NCBI GenBank assembly: GCA_002320595.1
Contig: DCKB01000021.1
Location: forward strand, 36,508 to 100,507
Length of the DNA stretch: 64,000 bases
Direction of reading: 5' to 3'
Origin: Christensenella sp. UBA1685
Lineage (GTDB): Bacteria; Bacillota; Clostridia; Christensenellales; CAG-138
In this document: in pieces, positions 56,926 through 63,894 of the stretch
Layout of the letters: each line of letters begins with the position of its first letter
Position numbering within the stretch: position 1 is the first letter of the stretch
Position numbers and translations under genes: made by a program
The notes under the pieces: model-generated
What the model was told of the DNA's origin: nothing
Database searches by the model: none
Seen by the model: the letters and a program-made list of their open reading frames with translations, nothing else

Positions 56926-57052
56926 GCGTTTTTCCTCCATAGCCGAATATTTTTTCCAGTATACCACCTTTCCGCCTTCCGGCAAAGACTTGCAGCGCGC
57001 CCAGCCGTGCGTTATACTGTTGTCGAATCCTGTTGTGCAAAGGAGAATCCGC

Positions 57053-57616
57053 ATGATTTATTACAACCAAAACGATTACGCCCATGTTCCTTATCCCTCT
57101 GAAGCCCGCCCGCAGTCCAACATTAAAAGCAGCGGCTGCGGTGTATGCTCTGCCTGCATGGTCGTGGAAAGCATGACCGAGCACAAGCTTTCCGTGGAAG
57201 AGTGCGCAAAGTTTTCGCTTTCTGTCGGCGGACGCGACAACGACGGAACGAATATGGAAAAGCTGGCTCCCCCGCTGTGCGAACGTTTCGGCCTTGCGTT
57301 TGAGGCAACGGACGATAAGGAAAAGGTGCTGGAGTTTCTGAACAACAACCGCGGCATGGTGATCGCCAACCCGGGCGGCGACCGGGAAGGGCACATTGGC
57401 CTTTTCACCACAACCGGGCACTATATCGTGCTTGCGGAGGCCCGGCAGCGCACCGTGCGCGTCCTTGACCCCAACCTCAAGCCCGACAGTTTTGACCGGG
57501 AAGGCCGCAGGGGCATGGTGTTTGTGGACGGCGAAAACATCTATTGCGACATCGATGTGGTCGTGGAGGATTGCCTGAACCGCTCCCCCGCGTTCTTCCT
57601 GTTCCGAAAAGCATAA
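57053..57616 (+). CDS. cytoplasmic papain-like cysteine-peptidase-fold protein (Peptidase_C39_2-like); paralog of 20232-20801
   Basis: The start MIYYNQNDYAHVPYP at 57053 follows AAGGAGAA. Motifs SGCGVCSACM, TGHYIVL, VLDP. The C-terminus is FLFRKA. Confidence 0.5.
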   Translation: MIYYNQNDYAHVPYPSEARPQSNIKSSGCGVCSACMVVESMTEHKLSVEECAKFSLSVGGRDNDGTNMEKLAPPLCERFGLAFEATDDKEKVLEFLNNNRGMVIANPGGDREGHIGLFTTTGHYIVLAEARQRTVRVLDPNLKPDSFDREGRRGMVFVDGENIYCDIDVVVEDCLNRSPAFFLFRKA

Positions 57617-57660
57617 TTTGCATTGCATGCCAAAGGCGGCCGCTGTAGCCTGTCAAAAAA

Positions 57661-57847
57661 GTCTCCCCGGGATTGTCAAGGGCCGCAGCCCTTGACTTGC
57701 AATCGCGAGCAGCGACATGTGCGGTGCGAGCGAAAAGCCTTGCTGCACAAGGCTTTCTTTGCACAGAGCGCTGGCCGCGCCATCGGCGCAAGCGCGATGT
57801 GAAATCCTCGATCAAGTGGCGCTGCCACTTGATCAGCAGCCTCAGGC
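57661..57847 (-). repeat. 188-bp multi-hairpin intergenic element, copy B (inverted relative to 35195-35382)
   Basis: The reverse complement aligns with copy A end to end. Hairpin 1 here is GATCAAGTGGC/GCCACTTGATC, with two compensated base pairs relative to copy A. It lies about 65 nt downstream of the stop of the minus-strand lipoprotein gene, in the same orientation. Confidence 0.8.
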
Positions 57848-57913
57848 GGCCGCATATGCGGCCGCCTTGTTGCGTGTGTCAAAAAAACCTGTTCGCGTTT
57901 TCAAAAACTGCGG

Positions 57914-58915
57914 TTATGCGGACGTTCCGTTAGGCTGCTCCCATTCCAAACGCGTATACTGTTCCAGAAGCACCGTACCGTCGCCGCGGCAGAACGTTAT
58001 GAACTTCGTTTCCTGCCGTCCATACAGCGCGCGGGATACGATTTCTTCCCCGGCGAGACCCCGCTTCACGGTTTCCACGATCAGGTATTCCGTGCCCGGC
58101 AACGGCGCGATCTCTTCCGGCAGCGCACCGGCATCGTATTCCGTCCGCGCAACAACGGCATGTTCCGCATCCATCTGCAAAACGTTGATCCGCTCCGCCG
58201 GGAACTTCGATTCGATGCGAATCGAAACCGAAGCGCCGGTTTCCACGGATTTTCCATCCACCGTAACCGTTTCCGTTTCATCGAACTTCGTGCTGAAGCT
58301 TGCCCCCTCTGTCATCCCTCCCGCAAGAGAAGTTCCATGCCCCGCCGTAAGGTACACGCTTCCGTCCGCGCTTTGGTAAACCGGGTTGAGATACCAGACG
58401 ACCGTCTCCGTTTCAGCGGCTGCTTCAACATAAAGCACTGCCTCAAGGTCAATCCGCTTCGCCTCTTCCGTATCGGTTATGGCCTGATGAACGCCGCTGA
58501 TCCCGGGATCGGAGATCATATGCGTGGCAATGCCTTCCTCCACGGCAAAATAGCGGATGCCTTCTATGCCCTCGAACGTGCAGTCAAGCCGTTCATGCTG
58601 TTCGCCTGCATCGTCGGTGCGCGTTTCCCGCGTCAGCGTCGCATACAGCCGGCCTCCATACGCCGCAGTGTCCGCTTCGTCAATGGCATGCCCGCCTCCG
58701 GCAAGCGCCATCATATTGTCTTCGACATATCCTTTCCAATCGAACAACTGGTCCAGATATTCCCTGGTCAGGAACACGCCGATCAGCCTGTCGCGTTCGG
58801 CGGACTCCGTTTCGCCGCCTTCCTCCTTTGCAAGCTGGCAGCCCGCAAACGCGAGCAGCGCCAGAAGCGCAATGCCCAGCGCAAGGATTCTCTTATATTT
58901 TTTCCTGCATTTCAT
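57914..58915 (-). CDS. lipoprotein, function unknown
   Basis: The start MKCRKKYKRILALGIALLALLAFAGC (lipobox) at 58915 follows GAGGAAGAGGAA. It overlaps the 3' end of the HTH gene by 23 nt. Confidence 0.6.
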   Translation of the reverse strand: MKCRKKYKRILALGIALLALLAFAGCQLAKEEGGETESAERDRLIGVFLTREYLDQLFDWKGYVEDNMMALAGGGHAIDEADTAAYGGRLYATLTRETRTDDAGEQHERLDCTFEGIEGIRYFAVEEGIATHMISDPGISGVHQAITDTEEAKRIDLEAVLYVEAAAETETVVWYLNPVYQSADGSVYLTAGHGTSLAGGMTEGASFSTKFDETETVTVDGKSVETGASVSIRIESKFPAERINVLQMDAEHAVVARTEYDAGALPEEIAPLPGTEYLIVETVKRGLAGEEIVSRALYGRQETKFITFCRGDGTVLLEQYTRLEWEQPNGTSA

Positions 58916-59135
58916 GTTCCTCTTCCTCCAGTTTCCCATCGAATTTCAGGATATCCCCCACATCGCAGTGAAGGAAATAGCAGATGCGGTTAACGGTGCC
59001 GAACCGGATGCCCTTCGCCTTCCCGCTGCGCAGGATGGAAAGGTTGGCCTCCGTAATGCCCACAAGCGCACACAGCTCCTTTGAAGTCATGCCGCGGGCT
59101 TTCAGCACATCTTCCAAATGAACCTTGATCGCCAT
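58893..59135 (-). CDS. small XRE/YozG-type HTH transcriptional regulator
   Basis: 80 aa. LKARGMTSKELCALVGITEANLSILRSGKAKGIRFGTVNRICYFLHCDVGDIL is typical of YozG-like regulators that follow DUF2975 genes. Confidence 0.8.
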   Translation of the reverse strand: MAIKVHLEDVLKARGMTSKELCALVGITEANLSILRSGKAKGIRFGTVNRICYFLHCDVGDILKFDGKLEEEEHEMQEKI

Positions 59136-59147
59136 AAGCGCGCCTCC

Positions 59148-60116
59148 TCAAATAAAGCTGTCGTTCTCATCCTTCAGGCGCTTGTTTTCCCGGATATATT
59201 GTGAAAGCAGCAGCACGGAAAGTACAAACGCGGCGGACAGCAGCGGAAGTTCCGCAACGGCATCCACCGTAAGCAGGCGCGGAAGGAAGACAAGCTGCAG
59301 CAGGTTGAACGCGATGTTCACGAGCATGCCGGCGGCAAGCGACCGGCCGCACAGACGGGAAAGCCGTTTTGCAGCGGCAACGGCCGCTTCCGAATAGCGC
59401 GAGAGCGACTGTTCCCGGAGCAGCGTGAGCGCCGCGCACGCCACAAGCACATCCAACACATACGGCAGCGCATCCGCAATGTAGCGCAGCACAAGGAACG
59501 TATAGCTCAGCGCAAGGCTCCGTTCATTTCCGGCATTTCCCTCCCGCAGCGCGGCAATAGAATCAACAAGTTCCCCGAGGCACGTGCCGAACGCCGCGCA
59601 AACGAACAGCACGCTGAGCGCATACAGCAACACCGCAAGGCACTTTTGCAGCTGCGGAAGATCTGCCGCAAAAAAACGCCGGAGCGTGCGCAGCACAGCG
59701 TATCCCAACAGCACGGAATACACGATGACGCCAAGCACAGCCTTTCCGAAGGGCTGCCCCTCCGCACTGCCGAGAAACGCCCCCAACAGGCCGGGGTTTA
59801 TCATCCAATACAGAACGGGGAACAGCGCCGCGCTCAACACGGGCAGGAGCGCATCCTCCGGAAAAAGGCCCCGCCTGCGCCGTATGAGCAGCAGTGTGCA
59901 TGCCGGAAGGAGGCAGACCATCCCATACAGCGCAAGTGCCGCCGCGTTGCCTAAACTGCCGGAAAGCGAGAGCGCCCGCAGACCGAGCCCGATCTGCTCA
60001 AACGGGAACGCTGAGACCGCGGTAAAAATTTCTGGCAGCGCCGCATCCCCCAATTGCGCCGCCAGGCAGAGCACCCCTGCGGCAGCAAGGACAGCATAAA
60101 GTTTATTTTGCTTCAT
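59148..60116 (-). CDS. multi-pass membrane protein (DUF2975-like)
   Basis: 322 aa with about 8 hydrophobic helices. ATGGAGG RBS. Its position upstream of a YozG-type HTH gene matches the DUF2975-HTH gene pair seen widely in Firmicutes. Confidence 0.6.
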   Translation of the reverse strand: MKQNKLYAVLAAAGVLCLAAQLGDAALPEIFTAVSAFPFEQIGLGLRALSLSGSLGNAAALALYGMVCLLPACTLLLIRRRRGLFPEDALLPVLSAALFPVLYWMINPGLLGAFLGSAEGQPFGKAVLGVIVYSVLLGYAVLRTLRRFFAADLPQLQKCLAVLLYALSVLFVCAAFGTCLGELVDSIAALREGNAGNERSLALSYTFLVLRYIADALPYVLDVLVACAALTLLREQSLSRYSEAAVAAAKRLSRLCGRSLAAGMLVNIAFNLLQLVFLPRLLTVDAVAELPLLSAAFVLSVLLLSQYIRENKRLKDENDSFI

Positions 60117-60157
60117 AATGCCTCCATAATTATTGCCAAACGATAATCCATATCTTC

Positions 60158-60193
60158 AGTATATCCAAAAATTATTGTTTGTCAATAATTATT
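60158..60193 (-). promoter_or_regulatory. promoter plus inverted-repeat operator candidate for the DUF2975-HTH-lipoprotein operon
   Basis: Minus strand TTGACA (60185-60180), 16-nt spacer, TATACT (60163-60158). The inverted repeat AATTATTG-tttgt-CAATAATT (60170-60190) is centred on the -35. A third AATTATTG at 60128-60135 overlaps the RBS region. Confidence 0.45.
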
Positions 60194-60248
60194 CGGCATA
60201 TTTCCATGAGATCCCTTCTTCCCAAACGGAGTCCCGTTTTCTCCGCAG

Positions 60249-60280
60249 CAGAAAGCCGGAGCAGATGCTCCGGCTTTCTG
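60249..60280 (-). terminator. hairpin at the end of the feo operon
   Basis: 14-bp stem CAGAAAGCCGGAGC / GCTCCGGCTTTCTG with loop AGAT, 34 nt after the stop at 60314. No clear U tract on the minus strand. Confidence 0.55.
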
Positions 60281-60313
60281 CCTGGTGTGCTTTATTTGCG
60301 TATCTCAGGATAT

Positions 60314-60490
60314 TTATTTCCCATGGCACTTGCCCGCATAGGGGCAGCCGCAGCACCCGCCGCCGCAGCCGCCTTCGTGCGCATGCTTCTTTTTGTCGCG
60401 GCGCATGGCACAAAGGGAAAGCGCCAGCAGCGCCGCCACGGCGAGGCCAACCAAAAGGGTGGCGAGATGATCCAGAATGAACTGCAGCAT
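60314..60490 (-). CDS. FeoB-associated Cys-rich membrane protein, 58 aa; not in the ORF track
   Basis: AAGGAGG RBS and ATG at 60490. Product MLQFILDHLATLLVGLAVAALLALSLCAMRRDKKKHAHEGGCGGGCCGCPYAGKCHGK: one TM helix, a basic stretch and a Gly/Cys cluster. It lies directly downstream of feoB. Confidence 0.6.
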   Translation of the reverse strand: MLQFILDHLATLLVGLAVAALLALSLCAMRRDKKKHAHEGGCGGGCCGCPYAGKCHGK

Positions 60491-60532
60491 GGTGGAACCT
60501 CCTTTTTTCTGCTATGTTTCATACGTGGCGGA

Positions 60533-62701
60533 TTACGCTTCAAGCTTGGTTTTCATGGTAAGGTGTTCGGATTCGCGGTAAGGCCTGATCAGCATGTAAA
60601 GCAACGCCGCAAGGCAGAGGAGCGCTGCCACAGTGCCCACGCCAAACGCACCGGTCGAAACCCAAATGCCAAGCTGGTATACAATGAGCGAGATTGCATA
60701 GGCAAACACGCATTGGTAGCCGACTGCGAAGCAGGTCCATGCGGCATTGGCCATTTCACGCTTGATCGCACCGATCGCCGCAAAACAGGGCGCGCAGAGC
60801 AGGTTAAAGATCAGGAAGCAGTATGCGCCAAGCGGGGTGAACACGGCCGCGATGGGCGCAAGTTCGTTGAACATGCCGTTTTCAACCAGCTCCAGCGCAT
60901 CGCCTGCCACACCGTAGAGCACGCCAAACACGCCCACAACCTCTTCCTTTGCGACAAGGCCCATGATGGTTGCCACGCTGGATTGCCAGGTGCCAAAGCC
61001 CAACGGCTTGAAAATGGGGGCGATTGCACCGCCTATGGCGGCAAGGATGCTTGCATCCATATCTTCCACCATTCGCAACGCTCCTTCCACAACGCCAAAG
61101 CTCTTCAGGAACCATATGAGGATGCTGGATGCCAGGATAATGGTGCCTGCCTTTTTAATGAAGGACCATCCGCGTTCCCACATGCTGCGCAGCACGTTCA
61201 TTGCGCCCGGCGCATGGTAGGCGGGAAGCTCCATGACAAACGGAGCCGGGTCCCCGCGGAACATCTTCGTTTTTTTCAGGATGATGCCGCTGATGATGAT
61301 GGCCGCAACGCCAACAAAGTACGCAGAGGGAGCAACCCACCAGGCGCCGCCAAAGATTGCGCCCGCAATCAGGGCAACGATGGGCATTTTCGCGCCGCAG
61401 GGGATAAATGTCGTCGTCATGATGGTCATCTTGCGGTCGCGGTCGTTTTCAATGGTACGGGACGCCATGATGCCCGGGATGCCGCAGCCGGAACCGATCA
61501 GCATCGGGATGAAGCTTTTTCCGGAAAGGCCAAACTTGCGGAAGATGCGATCCATGATAAACGCAACGCGCGCCATGTAGCCGACGTCCTCCAGAATGGC
61601 CAGGAACAGGAAAAGAATAAGCATCTGCGGCACAAAGCCGATCACCGCGCCCACACCGCCGACGATGCCATCCACGACGAGGCCGACGAGCCAATCCGCA
61701 GTGCCGATGTTCGTAAGCCAATCTCCCAGCGGCCCTTGAATCCACTCCCCAACGAATACATCGTTGGTGAAACCGGTCACAATGTCGCCGATGGTGGTAA
61801 CGGAAACGTAATAAACAAGCGTCATCACCAACGCGAAGATCGGCAGCGCCAGAAAGCGGTTCGTCACGATCCGGTCAATCTTATCCGAAACCGTCAGGTG
61901 CTCCTTGCGGGCCTTTTTATGCACGCAGGCCGTCATCAAACGGCTGATGTAAGCGTAGCGTTCGTTGGTAATGATGGATTCCGCATCGTCGTCAAGCGCC
62001 TTCTCGCACTCCGCAATATGCTCCTCAATGTGAGCAAGCACATCCGCGCCAAGGTTGAGCTGATCCTTCACGCGCTCATCCCGCTCAAACAGCTTCACAG
62101 CATACCAGCGAAGGTGCGCAGGCTCCACCTTGCCTTCAAGCGATTCCTCAATGTGCGCGATCGCATGCTCCACCGTGCCGCTAAACACAGAGGTCAGGTT
62201 TGCACGCGCCCCCGCCCTTGCAAGCTCCGCTGCGCGCTGTGCAGCCTTTGCGCTGCCTTCGCCCTTGAGGGCGGAAGTTTCGATGATCTCGCAGCCGAGC
62301 GCCTCGGAAAGCTTCTTCACGTCGATCCTGTCGCCGTTTTTGCGCACAAGATCCATCATGTTCAGCGCGATCACCATCGGCACGCCCACTTCGAGCAGCT
62401 GCGTGGTCAGGTACAGGTTGCGTTCGATGTTGGAGCCATCCACGATGTTGAGGATTGCATCCGGCTTTTCATTGATGAGATAGTTGCGCGCGATCACTTC
62501 TTCTAACGTATAAGGAGAAAGCGAGTAGATGCCGGGCAGGTCCTGAATGATGATATCCTTTTCGCCGCGCAGTTTGCCTTCCTTCTTTTCCACAGTAACG
62601 CCCGGCCAGTTTCCTACGTATTGCGTGCTGCCGGTCAGGTCGTTGAACATGGTTGTTTTGCCGCAATTCGGGTTGCCTGCAAGTGCGATTTTAATACGCA
62701 T
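60533..62701 (-). CDS. feoB: ferrous iron transporter B
   Basis: The start MRIKIALAGNPNCGKTTMFNDLTG (G1 motif) at 62701 follows AAGGAGGGGGAG. An N-terminal GTPase domain is followed by a polytopic membrane domain. The 775-aa + strand ORF here is its antisense shadow. Confidence 0.95.
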   Translation of the reverse strand: MRIKIALAGNPNCGKTTMFNDLTGSTQYVGNWPGVTVEKKEGKLRGEKDIIIQDLPGIYSLSPYTLEEVIARNYLINEKPDAILNIVDGSNIERNLYLTTQLLEVGVPMVIALNMMDLVRKNGDRIDVKKLSEALGCEIIETSALKGEGSAKAAQRAAELARAGARANLTSVFSGTVEHAIAHIEESLEGKVEPAHLRWYAVKLFERDERVKDQLNLGADVLAHIEEHIAECEKALDDDAESIITNERYAYISRLMTACVHKKARKEHLTVSDKIDRIVTNRFLALPIFALVMTLVYYVSVTTIGDIVTGFTNDVFVGEWIQGPLGDWLTNIGTADWLVGLVVDGIVGGVGAVIGFVPQMLILFLFLAILEDVGYMARVAFIMDRIFRKFGLSGKSFIPMLIGSGCGIPGIMASRTIENDRDRKMTIMTTTFIPCGAKMPIVALIAGAIFGGAWWVAPSAYFVGVAAIIISGIILKKTKMFRGDPAPFVMELPAYHAPGAMNVLRSMWERGWSFIKKAGTIILASSILIWFLKSFGVVEGALRMVEDMDASILAAIGGAIAPIFKPLGFGTWQSSVATIMGLVAKEEVVGVFGVLYGVAGDALELVENGMFNELAPIAAVFTPLGAYCFLIFNLLCAPCFAAIGAIKREMANAAWTCFAVGYQCVFAYAISLIVYQLGIWVSTGAFGVGTVAALLCLAALLYMLIRPYRESEHLTMKTKLEA

Positions 62702-62718
62702 CGTTTCTCTCCCCCTCC

Positions 62719-62940
62719 TTATACGATCTCGATCATTTCGCAATCGGCTTTGCGCACGGAAAGTTCGTAGTTGCGCACAGTTACCTCAACGGGGTCTCCC
62801 AGCGGCGCCACCTTTCGCACATAAATTTCCGTGCCCTTGGTGATCCCCATGTCCATGATGCGGCGTTTCACGGCCCCTTTGCCGCGCAGGCGCGCCACAA
62901 CGGCCGTCCCGCCGACCTTCACATCTCTCAGCGTTTTCAT
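62719..62940 (-). CDS. feoA: FeoA-family protein
   Basis: 73 aa. An SH3-like FeoA sequence (RRIMDMGITKGTEIYVRKVAPLGDPVEV). Confidence 0.85.
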   Translation of the reverse strand: MKTLRDVKVGGTAVVARLRGKGAVKRRIMDMGITKGTEIYVRKVAPLGDPVEVTVRNYELSVRKADCEMIEIV

Positions 62941-62990
62941 CTTAAGCCCCTCCTTTTTGTTTTTACTTCAAAACACCGCCTGACGGACGG

Positions 62991-63203
62991 TTAAACCAGA
63001 ATGCGGTTTGCCATGCCGCGGTCAAGCGCAATGCGCGTCCCCTTTACGGAAAGGATCATGTTCCCGCCGGTTTCGTTTATTACCGTAATGCATTCGCCCA
63101 CCACAAAGCCAAGCTCCGCAAGATGCTGGCGCACCTCGTCTTTGCCGGTTATTTTTTTGATGAAATTGCGCTCTCCGTTTTTCGCCATCGTCAACGGCAT
63201 CAT
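62991..63203 (-). CDS. feoA: FeoA-family protein (second copy)
   Basis: 70 aa. LAELGFVVGECITVINETGGNMILSVKGTRIAL. GGAAGGAGG RBS. Confidence 0.85.
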   Translation of the reverse strand: MMPLTMAKNGERNFIKKITGKDEVRQHLAELGFVVGECITVINETGGNMILSVKGTRIALDRGMANRILV

Positions 63204-63225
63204 TAGATCCTCCTTCCGCTCGTTT

Positions 63226-63311
63226 GGTTTGTTTAACCTAACTACAGCTCCAAATATATGGGTTAGTTTATGCTAACCCCTTCGCCGATTCGTAGTTTAG
63301 TTCATCTAACC
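63226..63311. promoter_or_regulatory. three tandem GGTTAG-N5/6-CTAACC-type operator candidates in the feoA promoter and leader
   Basis: 63295-63311 GTTTAGttcatCTAACC overlaps the -10 and spacer. 63261-63278 is GGTTAGtttatgCTAACC. 63226-63243 GGTTTGtttaacCTAACT is degenerate. Centres are about 34-35 bp apart. Confidence 0.6.
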
Positions 63312-63322
63312 ATTTTTGTCAA
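63294..63322 (-). promoter_or_regulatory. feoA-feoA-feoB operon promoter
   Basis: Minus strand TTGACA (63322-63317), 17-nt spacer, TAAACT (63299-63294). Confidence 0.55.
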
Positions 63323-63334
63323 TAGCTTTTGCAT

Positions 63335-63712
63335 TCATTTTTCTTTTGCTGTTTCAACCCATACAGCCCTGTACCCCGCAAGCGCAATAATTTGGCGAAT
63401 CCTGCCTTCCTCCACAGGTTCTTTTGCACGCAGGGTAACACGCGCATGCGGAACATCCGTCCGTGCCAGCATGCCCTCCTTCTGCCCATGGAATGCGTTT
63501 TCAAGCCGTGTGGCACAGTAGCCGCAGTGCATGCCCTCCACGGCGATTTCATATGCATAAGGATAATGCGTCTCATCCGAATCCCGCGCGCCGATGCGCT
63601 TTTCCTTCTCCACGCTTGCGCCGCAGCAACCGGAGGAAAGCTTTTTCATGTAGGACTTTACGCCGAACACAACCGCTGCCACAAGAACCACGACCAGAAT
63701 TGCCGTTCCCAT
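63335..63712 (-). CDS. membrane-anchored heavy-metal-associated (HMA) domain protein with a FeoB-associated-Cys-rich-like N-terminus
   Basis: 125 aa. N-terminal TM helix plus KKLSSGCCG, then an HMA fold with the metal-binding GMHCGYCATRLENAF (MxCxxC) motif. Confidence 0.7.
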   Translation of the reverse strand: MGTAILVVVLVAAVVFGVKSYMKKLSSGCCGASVEKEKRIGARDSDETHYPYAYEIAVEGMHCGYCATRLENAFHGQKEGMLARTDVPHARVTLRAKEPVEEGRIRQIIALAGYRAVWVETAKEK

Positions 63713-63746
63713 ACCGCTTCTTTCGCTCCCTTTCCGTTTTATTTTG

Positions 63747-63803
63747 CATGGTTAGTGCAATCTAACCATGTATCAGTCTAATCCATCCCGACCGCATTGT
63801 CAA
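63747..63803 (-). promoter_or_regulatory. promoter of the HMA gene with a perfect palindromic operator candidate
   Basis: Minus strand TTGACA (63803-63798), 17-nt spacer, TAGACT (63780-63775). CATGGTTAG-tgcaat-CTAACCATG (63747-63770, 9-bp perfect arms) starts 5 nt downstream of the -10. Confidence 0.55.
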
Positions 63804-63841
63804 CAGCCTGCAAGCGCAGAGTGCTTCTTTAAAACTTTTGC

Positions 63842-63894
63842 TTGACAGTGAAAGGCCGCCATGGTATGATTGCATAAGTTAGATAATTCTAACC
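63842..63894 (+). promoter_or_regulatory. outward-facing promoter with the same operator motif; its gene lies beyond the right edge
   Basis: TTGACA (63842-63847), 17-nt spacer, TATGAT (63865-63870). AGTTAGataattCTAACC (63877-63894) covers the expected transcription start site. Confidence 0.55.

Noticed and set aside
35195-57847. The two inverted 188-bp repeats as ends of a 22-kb composite transposon or invertible segment.
   Set aside because: The interval carries core housekeeping genes (thrS with its T-box, tRNA-Leu, pepT, anmK, the nucleoside-type ABC importer). It has no transposase or recombinase, and no target-site duplication is visible. Homologous recombination between the copies could invert the segment, but nothing in the sequence shows that this happens.
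60179-62506. A 775-aa + strand ORF, the longest in the track.
   Set aside because: It is exactly antisense to feoB, whose product has unmistakable G-protein and membrane-domain motifs. The 775-aa product is Arg/His/Ala/Gly-rich low-complexity sequence with no RBS. This is a shadow ORF typical of GC-rich coding DNA.
63261-63278. Calling the GGTTAG/CTAACC sites canonical DtxR/IdeR iron boxes or Fur boxes.
   Set aside because: The hexamers match the inner DtxR/IdeR half-sites, but the spacing is 6 nt (5 in one site) instead of 1. The outer TTA/TAA positions are not conserved. There is no resemblance to the Fur GATAATGATAATCATTATC consensus. The sites are therefore reported as an unassigned operator motif.
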